Notes under the pieces: model-generated
Database searches by the model: none
Seen by the model: only the letters and a program-made list of their open reading frames with translations
What the model was told of the DNA's origin: nothing
Translations under genes and position numbers: made by a program
From: an uncultured Thermodesulfobacteriota bacterium
GTDB lineage: Bacteria > Desulfobacterota > S145-22
DNA: 38,710 nt
Direction: 5' to 3'
NCBI GenBank assembly: GCA_964589315.1
Contig: CAZPTH010000002.1
Coordinates: forward strand, 1,424 to 40,133
In this document: in pieces, positions 7,203 to 14,985 of the stretch
Layout of the letters: every line of letters begins with the position of its first letter
Numbering within the stretch: position 1 is the stretch's first letter

Positions 7203-7961
7203 CTATCCGAACTTTCCCGTAACGTAATCTTCCGTAATCTTTTGTGAAGGTGACGTAAAGATTTTTTCAGTCTTGTCAAACTCGATGAGTTCCCCCAGGT
7301 ACATGAGGCCCGTCTCATCCGATACGCGCGCCGCCTGCTGCATGTTGTGGGTCACGACGACCACAGTAAACCGCCGCTTGAGCTCAAGCATGAGCTCCTC
7401 GATCCTTAAGGTGGCAATGGGATCGAGCGCGCTGCACGGTTCGTCCATCAGGACGATCTCCGGCTTGACCGCGAGGAGCCGGGCAATACAGAGCCGCTGC
7501 TGCTGCTCGTCGGAGAGAGCCAGGGCGTTCCGGTTGAGGTCATCTTTCAGGGCTTCCCACAGGCCAACCCGTTTGAGGGAGACTTCCACGATTCCCTCGA
7601 GAACATCCGCCTTCTTTTCTCCCATCACGCGGGGCCCAAAGGTGATATTATCCCGAACGGAAAGGGGAAAGGGGTTAGGACGCTGGAAAACCATCCCGAT
7701 CTTCTGGCGCAATCGAACCAGGTTGACCGTCTCTTTGGTGATGTCCTCCCCGTCAAAAAAGATGGCTCCCTCGGTTCGGACCCCCGGGATCAGGTCGTTC
7801 ATCCGGTTAAAGGACCGCAGGAGGGTCGATTTTCCGCACCCGGATGGTCCGATCAAGGCCGTCACCGTATTTTTCCTGATAGACAGGTTCAGGTTTTTCA
7901 GGGCGTGAAAATCTCCGTAAAAGAGGTTGAAATCCTCGACTTTCAGGGTGTAGTCAGCCAT
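7203..7961 (-). CDS. pstB: Phosphate ABC transporter ATP-binding protein PstB, with a degenerate signature motif
   Basis: Walker A GPSGCGKST, Q-loop IGMVFQRPNPFP, Walker B VLMDEPCSALD, H-loop VVVTHNMQQA, and a C-terminus ...TEDYVTGKFG as in PstB. The ABC signature reads LSDEQ instead of LSGGQ. Confidence 0.95.
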   Translation of the reverse strand: MADYTLKVEDFNLFYGDFHALKNLNLSIRKNTVTALIGPSGCGKSTLLRSFNRMNDLIPGVRTEGAIFFDGEDITKETVNLVRLRQKIGMVFQRPNPFPLSVRDNITFGPRVMGEKKADVLEGIVEVSLKRVGLWEALKDDLNRNALALSDEQQQRLCIARLLAVKPEIVLMDEPCSALDPIATLRIEELMLELKRRFTVVVVTHNMQQAARVSDETGLMYLGELIEFDKTEKIFTSPSQKITEDYVTGKFG

Positions 7962-8743
7962 TAGCCGAACCTCCCCGCGATATAGTCATCCGTCTTCTTC
8001 TCTTTCGGCACGGTAAACATCTGCGTGGTTTTCCCCGTTTCGATCAGCTCTCCCAGGAGAAAGAAGGCGCACCGGTCGGAGACTCGGGCGATCTGTTTCG
8101 TGTTGTTACTGACCAGAACAATCGTATGGTGTTTTTTCAGTTCCTTCAGCGCCTCTTCAATCCGGAAGGTAGAGATGGGATCCAGGCCGGAGGTTGGCTC
8201 ATCCAGCAGGAGAATCTCTGGCGACATGGCCATGGCACGGGCGATACAGAGCCGCTGCTGTTGCCCTCCTGAGAGTTTCTGGGCCGGTTTGTGGAGACGA
8301 TCCCGAACCTCCTCCCACAGAATGGCCGCCTTGAGACCCCGCTCCGCCGCCTCGCGAAGAGTCGATTTATCCCTGATCCCCTGGACCCTCAATCCGTAGA
8401 CAAGGTTTTCAAAGATGCTCATGGGGAGTACCGCAGGGGTCGCGAAAACCATCGAAACCTTCCGTCGGAGGGGGGTCGGGTTCACGTCTTCCGAAAGGAC
8501 ATCTTCACCCAGGACATAGAGGCTTCCTTCCAGTTTGATGTCAGGTGCCCGGAAGGTATGGTTGACCAGCCTGAGAAAGGAGGTCTTCCCGCTGCCGGCA
8601 GGCCCCATGACCCCGAAGATCTCGTTCTCTCGAATTTCGAGATTGATCTCATTGAGAATTTTCTTCCCGCCGACATACAGGGAGACGTCCCTGGCCTCGA
8701 TAACAACTTTTCCCGCCTTCAATTTACCTCCGGCCCTCCACAA
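7961..8743 (-). CDS. Second, divergent PstB-like ATP-binding protein
   Basis: Walker A GPAGSGKTS, signature LSGGQQQRLCIAR, Walker B LLLDEPTSGLD, and a C-terminus ...TDDYIAGRFG. The Q-loop Gln is replaced (MVFATP) and the H-loop His is replaced (LVSNNTKQ). The stop overlaps the next start by 1 nt (TAATG). The exact start is uncertain because the ORF overlaps pstA by 20 nt. Confidence 0.85.
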   Translation of the reverse strand: MWRAGGKLKAGKVVIEARDVSLYVGGKKILNEINLEIRENEIFGVMGPAGSGKTSFLRLVNHTFRAPDIKLEGSLYVLGEDVLSEDVNPTPLRRKVSMVFATPAVLPMSIFENLVYGLRVQGIRDKSTLREAAERGLKAAILWEEVRDRLHKPAQKLSGGQQQRLCIARAMAMSPEILLLDEPTSGLDPISTFRIEEALKELKKHHTIVLVSNNTKQIARVSDRCAFFLLGELIETGKTTQMFTVPKEKKTDDYIAGRFG

Positions 8744-9554
8744 ACCTGTGCATCAGGTAGTACGAAAAGATGTTGATGATGAGAATGGAAAAGACCAGCA
8801 CCGCCGCGGTGGCATAGGCGTTCGACATGGAAATCCCCTCACGCGCCAGGATATAGAAGTGGACCGCCATGCTCCGTCCAGAGTCGAAGATGGAAAAGGG
8901 CGTCCGCAAGGAGGTTCCCAACGTGAAAATCACCACTGCCGTCTCCCCGATCCCCCGGCCAACGCTCAGGATGACCCCCGTCAGGATTCCAGGGGCGGCG
9001 TTGGGCAGGACCAGGCGGGTCACCCCCTGCCATTTGGATCCCCCCAGGACCTCATTCACATCCCGGTAGGCCTGCGGCACCGACTTGATGGCCTCCTCCG
9101 AGGTCCGGATGATCACAGGGAGGATCATGATGGCAAGGGAGATCCCCCCGGACAGGACGCTCCACCCGAATCCCAGTTTAATCACGAAAAGAATAAATCC
9201 GAAAAGGCCGAGGATGATGGAGGGAACCCCCGCGAGGCACTCCGTCCCGAATCGGACGATCTTCGTAATCTTCCCTTCCTCCGTGTATTCCGTGAGGTAG
9301 ATAGCCGTCCCGACCCCCAGGGGAATGGCGATAACGAGGGAAACCACGAGGAGATAGACGGTGGAGACGATCGTGGAAAAGATCCCCCCCGCGCGCCCCA
9401 TATCCATGGGGTTGTCCAGAAGAAACCGGGCCGTGATATGAGGCAGCCCCTTGATCATGATCACGGCAATGATGAAAAAGAGGATAGCCAAAGCAAAAAA
9501 GGCTCCGCTGACCATCAATCCAAGGGCAACATGTTCGGCGCGACGCGGCGTCAT
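8724..9554 (-). CDS. pstA: Phosphate ABC transporter permease PstA
   Basis: 276-aa polytopic membrane ORF with the binding-protein-dependent permease EAA-like loop (SEEAIKSVPQAYRDVNEVLGGSKWQ). Its position follows pstC and precedes the pstB genes. Confidence 0.9.
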   Translation of the reverse strand: MTPRRAEHVALGLMVSGAFFALAILFFIIAVIMIKGLPHITARFLLDNPMDMGRAGGIFSTIVSTVYLLVVSLVIAIPLGVGTAIYLTEYTEEGKITKIVRFGTECLAGVPSIILGLFGFILFVIKLGFGWSVLSGGISLAIMILPVIIRTSEEAIKSVPQAYRDVNEVLGGSKWQGVTRLVLPNAAPGILTGVILSVGRGIGETAVVIFTLGTSLRTPFSIFDSGRSMAVHFYILAREGISMSNAYATAAVLVFSILIINIFSYYLMHRFVEGRR

Positions 9555-10420
9555 TTGAGTCTTTTCCTCCTCGCAAAAGCGGTGGCAATCAGGTTCAGGG
9601 CCATGACGAAGAAAAACAGGACGATCCCCGTGGCGAACAGGGCCTGGCGGTGAAGCCCGCTCGCGTAACCCATCTCCAGGGCGATGTTACTGGTCAGGGT
9701 TCGGATCGGATCCAGGGGAGAAAGAGGAATCTTCAGGGCATTACCGGCAATCATGATCACCGCCATGGTCTCTCCCACCGCCCGGCCCATCCCCAGGACG
9801 AGGGCCGTGATAATCCCGGACTTGGCGGCATGGATGGTCACCATGTGGGTGGTCTGCCAGCGGGTCGCGCCCAGAGAAAAGGCGGCCTCCCGGTAGGAAT
9901 CGGGAACCGCCACAAGGGAGTCCACGGAGATACTGATGACCGTGGGCAAGATCATAATCCCCAAAATGATGCAGGAGGTCAGAAGCGACAATCCCGGCCC
10001 CCCAAGGTAATCGCGAACGAGGGGAACGAGATAGACCACGCCAAGAAAGCCGTAAACGACGGAGGGGATCCCCGCCAGGAGCTCCAGGGCGGGCTTGATG
10101 ATCGTTCGCATCCTGGAAGAGGCAAATTCCACGAGGAAGATGGAACACATCAACCCCAGGGGTCCCCCGAAGAGGAGGGCCCCGATGGTCACCCAGAAGG
10201 AGGAGACAATCATGGCAAAGATGCCAAAATGCCCCTTTGTGGGCGCCCACCGCGTGCTGAAGAGGAAATCCTTCAGGCCCACCTTCCAGATCATGGGGAG
10301 GCCTTCCACGAAGATAAACAGGGCGATCAGAAAAAGAGAAAAGAGCGACGAAAAGGCGATAACAAGAAAGATTCGCTGGATTAGTTTTTCTTTTCTTTTG
10401 ATGTCTGCCGCTGTGGACAT
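9551..10420 (-). CDS. pstC: Phosphate ABC transporter permease PstC
   Basis: 289-aa polytopic membrane ORF with a permease loop (VPDSYREAAFSLGATRWQT). It lies directly downstream of pstS and overlaps pstA by 4 nt. Confidence 0.9.
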   Translation of the reverse strand: MSTAADIKRKEKLIQRIFLVIAFSSLFSLFLIALFIFVEGLPMIWKVGLKDFLFSTRWAPTKGHFGIFAMIVSSFWVTIGALLFGGPLGLMCSIFLVEFASSRMRTIIKPALELLAGIPSVVYGFLGVVYLVPLVRDYLGGPGLSLLTSCIILGIMILPTVISISVDSLVAVPDSYREAAFSLGATRWQTTHMVTIHAAKSGIITALVLGMGRAVGETMAVIMIAGNALKIPLSPLDPIRTLTSNIALEMGYASGLHRQALFATGIVLFFFVMALNLIATAFARRKRLK

Positions 10421-11277
10421 AGGTGACTTTCTCCATGAATGATTGACGCGGGGATCAGGCCTTCTTTCGCGAGAATATTCTGTCCCTCCGGGGAGAGGAC
10501 GAAACAGATAAAATGGAGGACCAGGCCGGTAGGTTTCTTCTTGGTCAAAAAGAGAAAGGGACGAAAGAAACGATATCTTTTCTCTTTAACGGCCTTCACG
10601 GACGGCGCCACACCGTCCAGGGCTACGGCCTTAACCTGCTTGTTCACGAGACCGAGAGAAATGTAGCCGATGGCGTAAGGATCGGTGGCGACCAGTTCAC
10701 GAACAGACCCGTTGGAATCCTGGACGATACATCCGGGATCGATCTCGAGTTTTTCCATCACAAGTTCCTCAAAGGCCCCCCGGGTTCCGGATCCCGCTTC
10801 CCGGGTAATGGTGGTAATCCGGTGATCGACACCGGTCAGGTTTCGCCAGTTCAGGATCTTCCCCGCGTAGATGGCGCGAAGGGTCTCCGTGGAAAGATTT
10901 TTGGTGGGATTCTTGGGATTCACTATGACGGCAATCCCGTCATAGGCAATCGGGATCTCGAAAAGGCCCTTTTCCTCCGGGTGAAGGTTCCGGCTGCTTG
11001 TCCCGATATTGGCAATCCCTTCCTGCGCGGCCCTGATTCCGGCCGTGCTGCCTCCACCCTGGACGTTCACAACGGTATTGGGATTCTTGACCATGTAGAT
11101 TTCGGCCAGCTTCTCCGCGAAAGGCTGAACGGATGTGGAACCGGCGATAATAATGGAGGCGTAGCCGCCCTTTTTCTTCGATGTGTTGTTATCTTCCTTC
11201 CTCCCGCACCCAAAGAGAAAAACGGCGGTAAGGAGTAAACAGAAAAGCCCTATCTGCTTTCGTCCGAATATGTCCAA
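10381..11277 (-). CDS. pstS: Phosphate-binding lipoprotein PstS
   Basis: Lipobox LFGC in the signal peptide. The AGSTSVQP...GGGSTAGI motifs are typical of PstS-family periplasmic phosphate binders. The C-terminal tail overlaps pstC by 40 nt. Confidence 0.9.
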   Translation of the reverse strand: MDIFGRKQIGLFCLLLTAVFLFGCGRKEDNNTSKKKGGYASIIIAGSTSVQPFAEKLAEIYMVKNPNTVVNVQGGGSTAGIRAAQEGIANIGTSSRNLHPEEKGLFEIPIAYDGIAVIVNPKNPTKNLSTETLRAIYAGKILNWRNLTGVDHRITTITREAGSGTRGAFEELVMEKLEIDPGCIVQDSNGSVRELVATDPYAIGYISLGLVNKQVKAVALDGVAPSVKAVKEKRYRFFRPFLFLTKKKPTGLVLHFICFVLSPEGQNILAKEGLIPASIIHGESHLCPQRQTSKEKKN

Positions 11278-11286
11278 TGGGGGCCC

Positions 11287-11961
11287 TTAAATGATCTTTT
11301 GGTGTCTTACGACGGTTCCCTTTATCATAAAAATCGCCTGTTCCGCCACGTTAACGGCATGATCCGCCGCCCGTTCCAGATACTTGCTCACCATCATGAT
11401 TTTCATGGCCGAAGAAATCTTTTTCGCGTCCTCCACCATATAGGTAAAAAGCTCCCTCGCGATCTGATTGTTCAACTGGTCCACTTCTTCGTCCCGCTGA
11501 ATCACTTCCATGGCAATCGCCTCGTCCCTTTTGATATACGCATCCAGCGCTCCCTGGATCATCCAGCGGACGTCCTCGTCCATCCTTGGAATATCGATAT
11601 AGGGTTTGAGCTGGGGCTCCTTGTTCAGGTCGAGGGCCCGTTCCGAGATATTGACCGCCAGATCCCCAATTCTCTCCAGGTCCACGTTCACCTTCAGCCC
11701 CGTGGCAATGAAACGAAGATCCCCCCCGGCGGGCTGACGAAGAGCGATCAGGGAAAGGCAGATCCCATCGATCTGGACCTCCAGTTCGTTGACCTTCCGA
11801 TCGTTTTCAATAACCCCGCGGGCCAGGTCCGAATCCCGCTCCACAAGGGACCGGATCGAGGTCGCGACGGCCTCCTGGACCATTTCTCCCATCTCGAGGA
11901 TCTTGTCCTTCAGGGTCTTTAATTCCTTGTCAAATGTCTTCAGGATATGTGGATTATTCAT
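11287..11961 (-). CDS. phoU: Phosphate signalling complex protein PhoU
   Basis: 224-aa ORF with a duplicated PhoU repeat (E..D...E helices such as DRKVNELEVQID and DEEVDQLNNQIA). It is the first gene of the pst cluster. Confidence 0.9.
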   Translation of the reverse strand: MNNPHILKTFDKELKTLKDKILEMGEMVQEAVATSIRSLVERDSDLARGVIENDRKVNELEVQIDGICLSLIALRQPAGGDLRFIATGLKVNVDLERIGDLAVNISERALDLNKEPQLKPYIDIPRMDEDVRWMIQGALDAYIKRDEAIAMEVIQRDEEVDQLNNQIARELFTYMVEDAKKISSAMKIMMVSKYLERAADHAVNVAEQAIFMIKGTVVRHQKII

Positions 11962-12133
11962 TCTTTCCCCCTTGTAACACCCTAAACGATTTCTAACACA
12001 GGTTCCCCCGCTTTTTCAAGAAATAATATGTGATACCCTCGTAAAAAAGCCAGAAACAGAAGGCAACGTAAACTTATAAAGCCGTCATATCCCGCATTGA
12101 CGACTTCCCACGTTTGACATAAAAAGGAAACTG

Positions 12134-13027
12134 ATGATTCCGAGACCTCACTGTTATCGGCCGTCTGCCAGGCCCTTCCGCCGAGCCACCGCCATCCTTT
12201 GTCTGCTCGTCTTCACCCTCTGGCTTTCCCCGCGGGGGTATACGGCTACCTTGCTCAACATCTCTTTCATCGACGTGGGAGAAGGCGACGCCATCTTCCT
12301 CGAAGTCCCGGGACACTGCAATTTCCTCGTCGATACGGGGAATCCGGTCTCAGGCGTCAAGGTTCTTTCATTTCTCGTTCAGAGAGGGACAACCCATCTC
12401 GATCATCTCATCCTGACCCATCCCCACCTGGATCATATCGGGGGTGCCTTTACCCTTATTCAGCTCCTGCATGTTGAAAAGGTCTATGATAACGGGGAAG
12501 ACCTTACGTCAGAGGTTAAGACCCGCGACCTGTACCGCTGGTACCAGTCCCTGGTTCGTTCCCGATCCCGATATTCCACCCTGAAAGTGGGCCAGACCCT
12601 TCGTTGCCCCCCGTTGACAGTCAAGGTGCTCTGGCCGCCCCGTCCCGGCGTCACGAGGGACTGGAATACCAATTCCCTCGTCCTTCGCGTCTCCTTCGGC
12701 GCCTTTCACTGCCTCCTCATGGGTGACGCGAACATCACGGCCGAAAAGCGCCTGCTTGCCTTCCACGCCCCCCTGCGGGCCCAGATCCTGAAGGCGGGCC
12801 ACCATGGCGCCAATGACGCCACAAGCCCTGAGCTCCTCTCGGCTGTTTCCCAGGAGGTGGTCATCATCTCCGTCAACAAAGACAATATTCGGGGGTACCC
12901 CTCCGCCCAAACGCTCAAGAGAATCCAAAAAACCCGGGCGAAAATCCTCAGGACCGACCAAAACGGGACCATCACGATTCGGGCCCGTCTCGACGGGACT
13001 TACCAAATTTTCCCGGAAAGGCCATGA
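12134..13027 (+). CDS. Exported stand-alone ComEC-type metallo-beta-lactamase-fold hydrolase
   Basis: N-terminal hydrophobic anchor or signal, MBL motif LTHPHLDHIGG, a later HHG motif (KAGHHGAND), and the ...ILRTDQNGTITI ending typical of the ComEC/Rec2 C-terminal domain (COG2333-like). An AAGGA SD lies before the ATG at 12134. Confidence 0.8.
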   Translation: MIPRPHCYRPSARPFRRATAILCLLVFTLWLSPRGYTATLLNISFIDVGEGDAIFLEVPGHCNFLVDTGNPVSGVKVLSFLVQRGTTHLDHLILTHPHLDHIGGAFTLIQLLHVEKVYDNGEDLTSEVKTRDLYRWYQSLVRSRSRYSTLKVGQTLRCPPLTVKVLWPPRPGVTRDWNTNSLVLRVSFGAFHCLLMGDANITAEKRLLAFHAPLRAQILKAGHHGANDATSPELLSAVSQEVVIISVNKDNIRGYPSAQTLKRIQKTRAKILRTDQNGTITIRARLDGTYQIFPERP

Positions 13028-13548
13028 CCCTCAAACGCTTTATCTATCTCTACATCATCGCCCTTGTGCTCTCGGCCGCCGTCGCACGGCAGGGACTGGC
13101 CTGGCTGACCGGGATCCTGGGGCCTTCAACGGTCCAGATGATCCCATGGATCCTCCTGGCGGGAACGCTCATATCCTTGGTTGTCCTCGTCGGGAAGGGC
13201 AGGATATCCCTTCTCCGGGGGGCATTCATTCTCCTCTCCTTCGCCGGGATCTTTCTTTTTCTAAAGACGATGCGCAACCCGGACGAGCGCATCCACATCT
13301 TTCAATACGGGTTGCTTGGTTTTCTCCTCATGGTCCAGTTCCAAAGGAAATCCTGGGAACAGGCCGTGGGCCTGACGCTCCTGATCGTTCTTCTCGTTGC
13401 CTGCGCCGATGAACTTTTTCAGGTCTTTCTCCCAAACCGGGTCGGAGACCTTCGGGACGTGGGATTCGGGTGTGTCGGAGGTGCCTGGGGACTTTTCCTG
13501 GCGGGACTCCTCTTTCGACAATCCCGCCCGTCCCAGGAAAAAACCTGA
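13024..13548 (+). CDS. VanZ-like family membrane protein
   Basis: 174-aa ORF with multiple TM segments and the VanZ-like motif ADELFQVFLPNRVGDLRDVGFGCVGGAWG. It has an ATGA start/stop overlap with the upstream MBL gene. Confidence 0.7.
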   Translation: MTLKRFIYLYIIALVLSAAVARQGLAWLTGILGPSTVQMIPWILLAGTLISLVVLVGKGRISLLRGAFILLSFAGIFLFLKTMRNPDERIHIFQYGLLGFLLMVQFQRKSWEQAVGLTLLIVLLVACADELFQVFLPNRVGDLRDVGFGCVGGAWGLFLAGLLFRQSRPSQEKT

Positions 13549-13558
13549 AAAGAAAACC

Positions 13559-14371
13559 CTACCTTTTTCCTTCTCCTTCCCTTTCCAGGTAGACCCGCAT
13601 CCCGGAGTACGGGATGGACAGGCCGGCTTCCTTGAAGGCCCGCTCGATCTTCTCCATGAGGTCTCCCCTTACCGCCCAGTAGTCGGACGACTTGACCCAG
13701 GGATAGACCCATAGCTTTACCCCGTTCTCCGACAATTCGCCCAGCGTAATCATGGGGGCGGGATCTTTGAGAACCCTCTCATCCGCGTCGAGGATGTCAT
13801 GGGCGATTTCCCTCGCCTTCTTGAAATCACCCCCGTAACCGAGAGGGAAGACCATATCGATGCGACGGGTCTCTTTGGCGGAAAAATTGGTGATGCTGTC
13901 GTTATAGATCATGCCGTTTGGGACAACGATTTGCCGGTTATCCGGCGTAACGAGAACCGTATTGAAGATGGTGACATCCTGGACAGTTCCCGAGACCCCC
14001 GCCGCGTTGACAAAATCCCCCTTCTTAAAGGGACGAAAGAGGATCAACAGAACCCCGGAGGCAAAATTCTGCAGCGAACTCTTGAGGGCCAGGCCCACGG
14101 CCAGGCCTGCCGCCCCGAGAATGGCAATAAGAGAGGTTGTATCAACGCCCAGTTCATGGAGGGCGGCGATAATGACAAAGACCAGGAGGGCCACGTGGCA
14201 GAGTGACGCGATAAAATTCACGAGGATATCATCAAGGTTCGCCCGCTTCAGTAACCCGCGGAGAATCTTTACCACGAGCTTCACGGCAATCCGCCCCACG
14301 AAGAAGATGACAAGCGCAAAGAGAATATGAATTCCCCATGATAAAACGTATGACAAAACAGATTCCTTCAT
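13559..14371 (-). CDS. Small-conductance mechanosensitive channel (MscS family)
   Basis: 270-aa ORF with three N-terminal TM helices, then the MscS beta-domain signature region (FRPFKKGDFV...GTVQDVTIFNTVLVTPDNRQIVVPNG). A GGGGGA SD is present. Confidence 0.9.
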   Translation of the reverse strand: MKESVLSYVLSWGIHILFALVIFFVGRIAVKLVVKILRGLLKRANLDDILVNFIASLCHVALLVFVIIAALHELGVDTTSLIAILGAAGLAVGLALKSSLQNFASGVLLILFRPFKKGDFVNAAGVSGTVQDVTIFNTVLVTPDNRQIVVPNGMIYNDSITNFSAKETRRIDMVFPLGYGGDFKKAREIAHDILDADERVLKDPAPMITLGELSENGVKLWVYPWVKSSDYWAVRGDLMEKIERAFKEAGLSIPYSGMRVYLEREGEGKR

Positions 14372-14503
14372 TTTCCCCCAATACCTCCCAAAAATATGAT
14401 TTTACCTTCCGTAACAATCCCGCCCGGGGATGTCAAGGATCCCCTATTTTTCCGTATCCCTCATCGAATTTGTGTTGCCTTCCAAATTCTCTGCATTATA
14501 TTC

Positions 14504-14532
14504 TTGACACGAGGGATAGGATTTTGTATGAG
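14504..14532 (+). promoter_or_regulatory. Candidate sigma70-type promoter (TTGACA-N17-TATGAG)
   Basis: TTGACA at 14504..14509, a 17-nt spacer, then TATGAG at 14527..14532. It lies upstream of the ferredoxin gene. Confidence 0.4.
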
Positions 14533-14619
14533 GCGACAAAGAAAAACGCGGGTAACAAGTAGAACGGTCTGAGGAAGGAGGTGAATCTTTTCCACTAAAA
14601 ACTATAAAGGAGGTAAAAA

Positions 14620-14793
14620 ATGGCAGCAAAAGTAGACATCGATAAGTGCACAGCTTGCGGAACGTGTGCGGAGGTATGCCCGGTTGAAGCCATCACCGTC
14701 GAGGATTATGCCGTCGTCAACGAAGACGAATGCGTGGATTGCGGCACCTGCGTAGACGAATGCCCCGAAGGGGCCATTACCCTGGAAGATTAA
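14620..14793 (+). CDS. 2x[4Fe-4S] ferredoxin (57 aa)
   Basis: Found by eye, below the ORF-track cut-off. The protein is MAAKVDIDKCTACGTCAEVCPVEAITVEDYAVVNEDECVDCGTCVDECPEGAITLED, with two CxxCxxCxxxCP motifs. An AAAGGAGG SD lies at 14606..14613. Confidence 0.85.
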   Translation: MAAKVDIDKCTACGTCAEVCPVEAITVEDYAVVNEDECVDCGTCVDECPEGAITLED

Positions 14794-14817
14794 AACCCAA
14801 AAACGAGAAACCAACGG

Positions 14818-14850
14818 GAGGGGGAAGCACTGCTTTCCCCTCTTCTTTTT
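14818..14850 (+). terminator. Rho-independent terminator after the ferredoxin gene
   Basis: 11-bp stem GAGGGGGAAGC (14818..14828) / GCTTTCCCCTC (14832..14842) containing one G-U pair, a 3-nt loop, then TTCTTTTT. Confidence 0.6.
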
Positions 14851-14902
14851 GGATCAGCTTATTGGTTCCAAGGCTTGTATCAGTCCCGATTTCGATTTCC
14901 CC

Positions 14903-14926
14903 AAACTGGACTTTTTGAATCCCGTC
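14903..14926 (+). promoter_or_regulatory. Possible ECF-type promoter (AAAC-N16-CGTC)
   Basis: AAAC at 14903..14906 and CGTC at 14923..14926 with a 16-nt spacer. This resembles the '-35 AAC / -10 CGT' pattern of autoregulated ECF sigma promoters. Confidence 0.25.
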
Positions 14927-14985
14927 TATTAAAAAGGAAACAGGAAAATAAACCCTTCACCCGTTTTCGGGGTCTTTATAATCAG

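Noticed and set aside
7203-7205. The TAG at the end of pstB read as pyrrolysine or as readthrough into the Cys-rich frame.
   Set aside because: PstB already ends with the family-typical ...TEDYVTGKFG. No pyl genes are visible, and a C-terminal Cys-rich extension of PstB has no precedent. An independent, non-canonically started ORF or a gene remnant is more parsimonious and is reported separately.
10381-10420. A 40-nt overlap between the pstS 3' end and the pstC start, as a possible frameshift or fusion.
   Set aside because: Both ORFs are full length with normal family features. The overlap comes from a short unconserved-looking C-terminal tail of PstS or from a slightly later true pstC start. 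Nothing indicates a frameshift.
14875-14985. N-terminal extensions in the ORF track, for example 14875 for the sigma factor, 1591 for the PaaK-like gene, 21953 for cobU, 34240 for valS, 25945 for the thioesterase, 24845 for lptG, 21266 for ftcD and 35003 for the IYD-like gene.
   Set aside because: In each case an internal ATG preceded by a Shine-Dalgarno sequence or an ATGA overlap gives the family-typical N-terminus. The upstream extension is unconserved-looking sequence that runs into promoter or terminator DNA.
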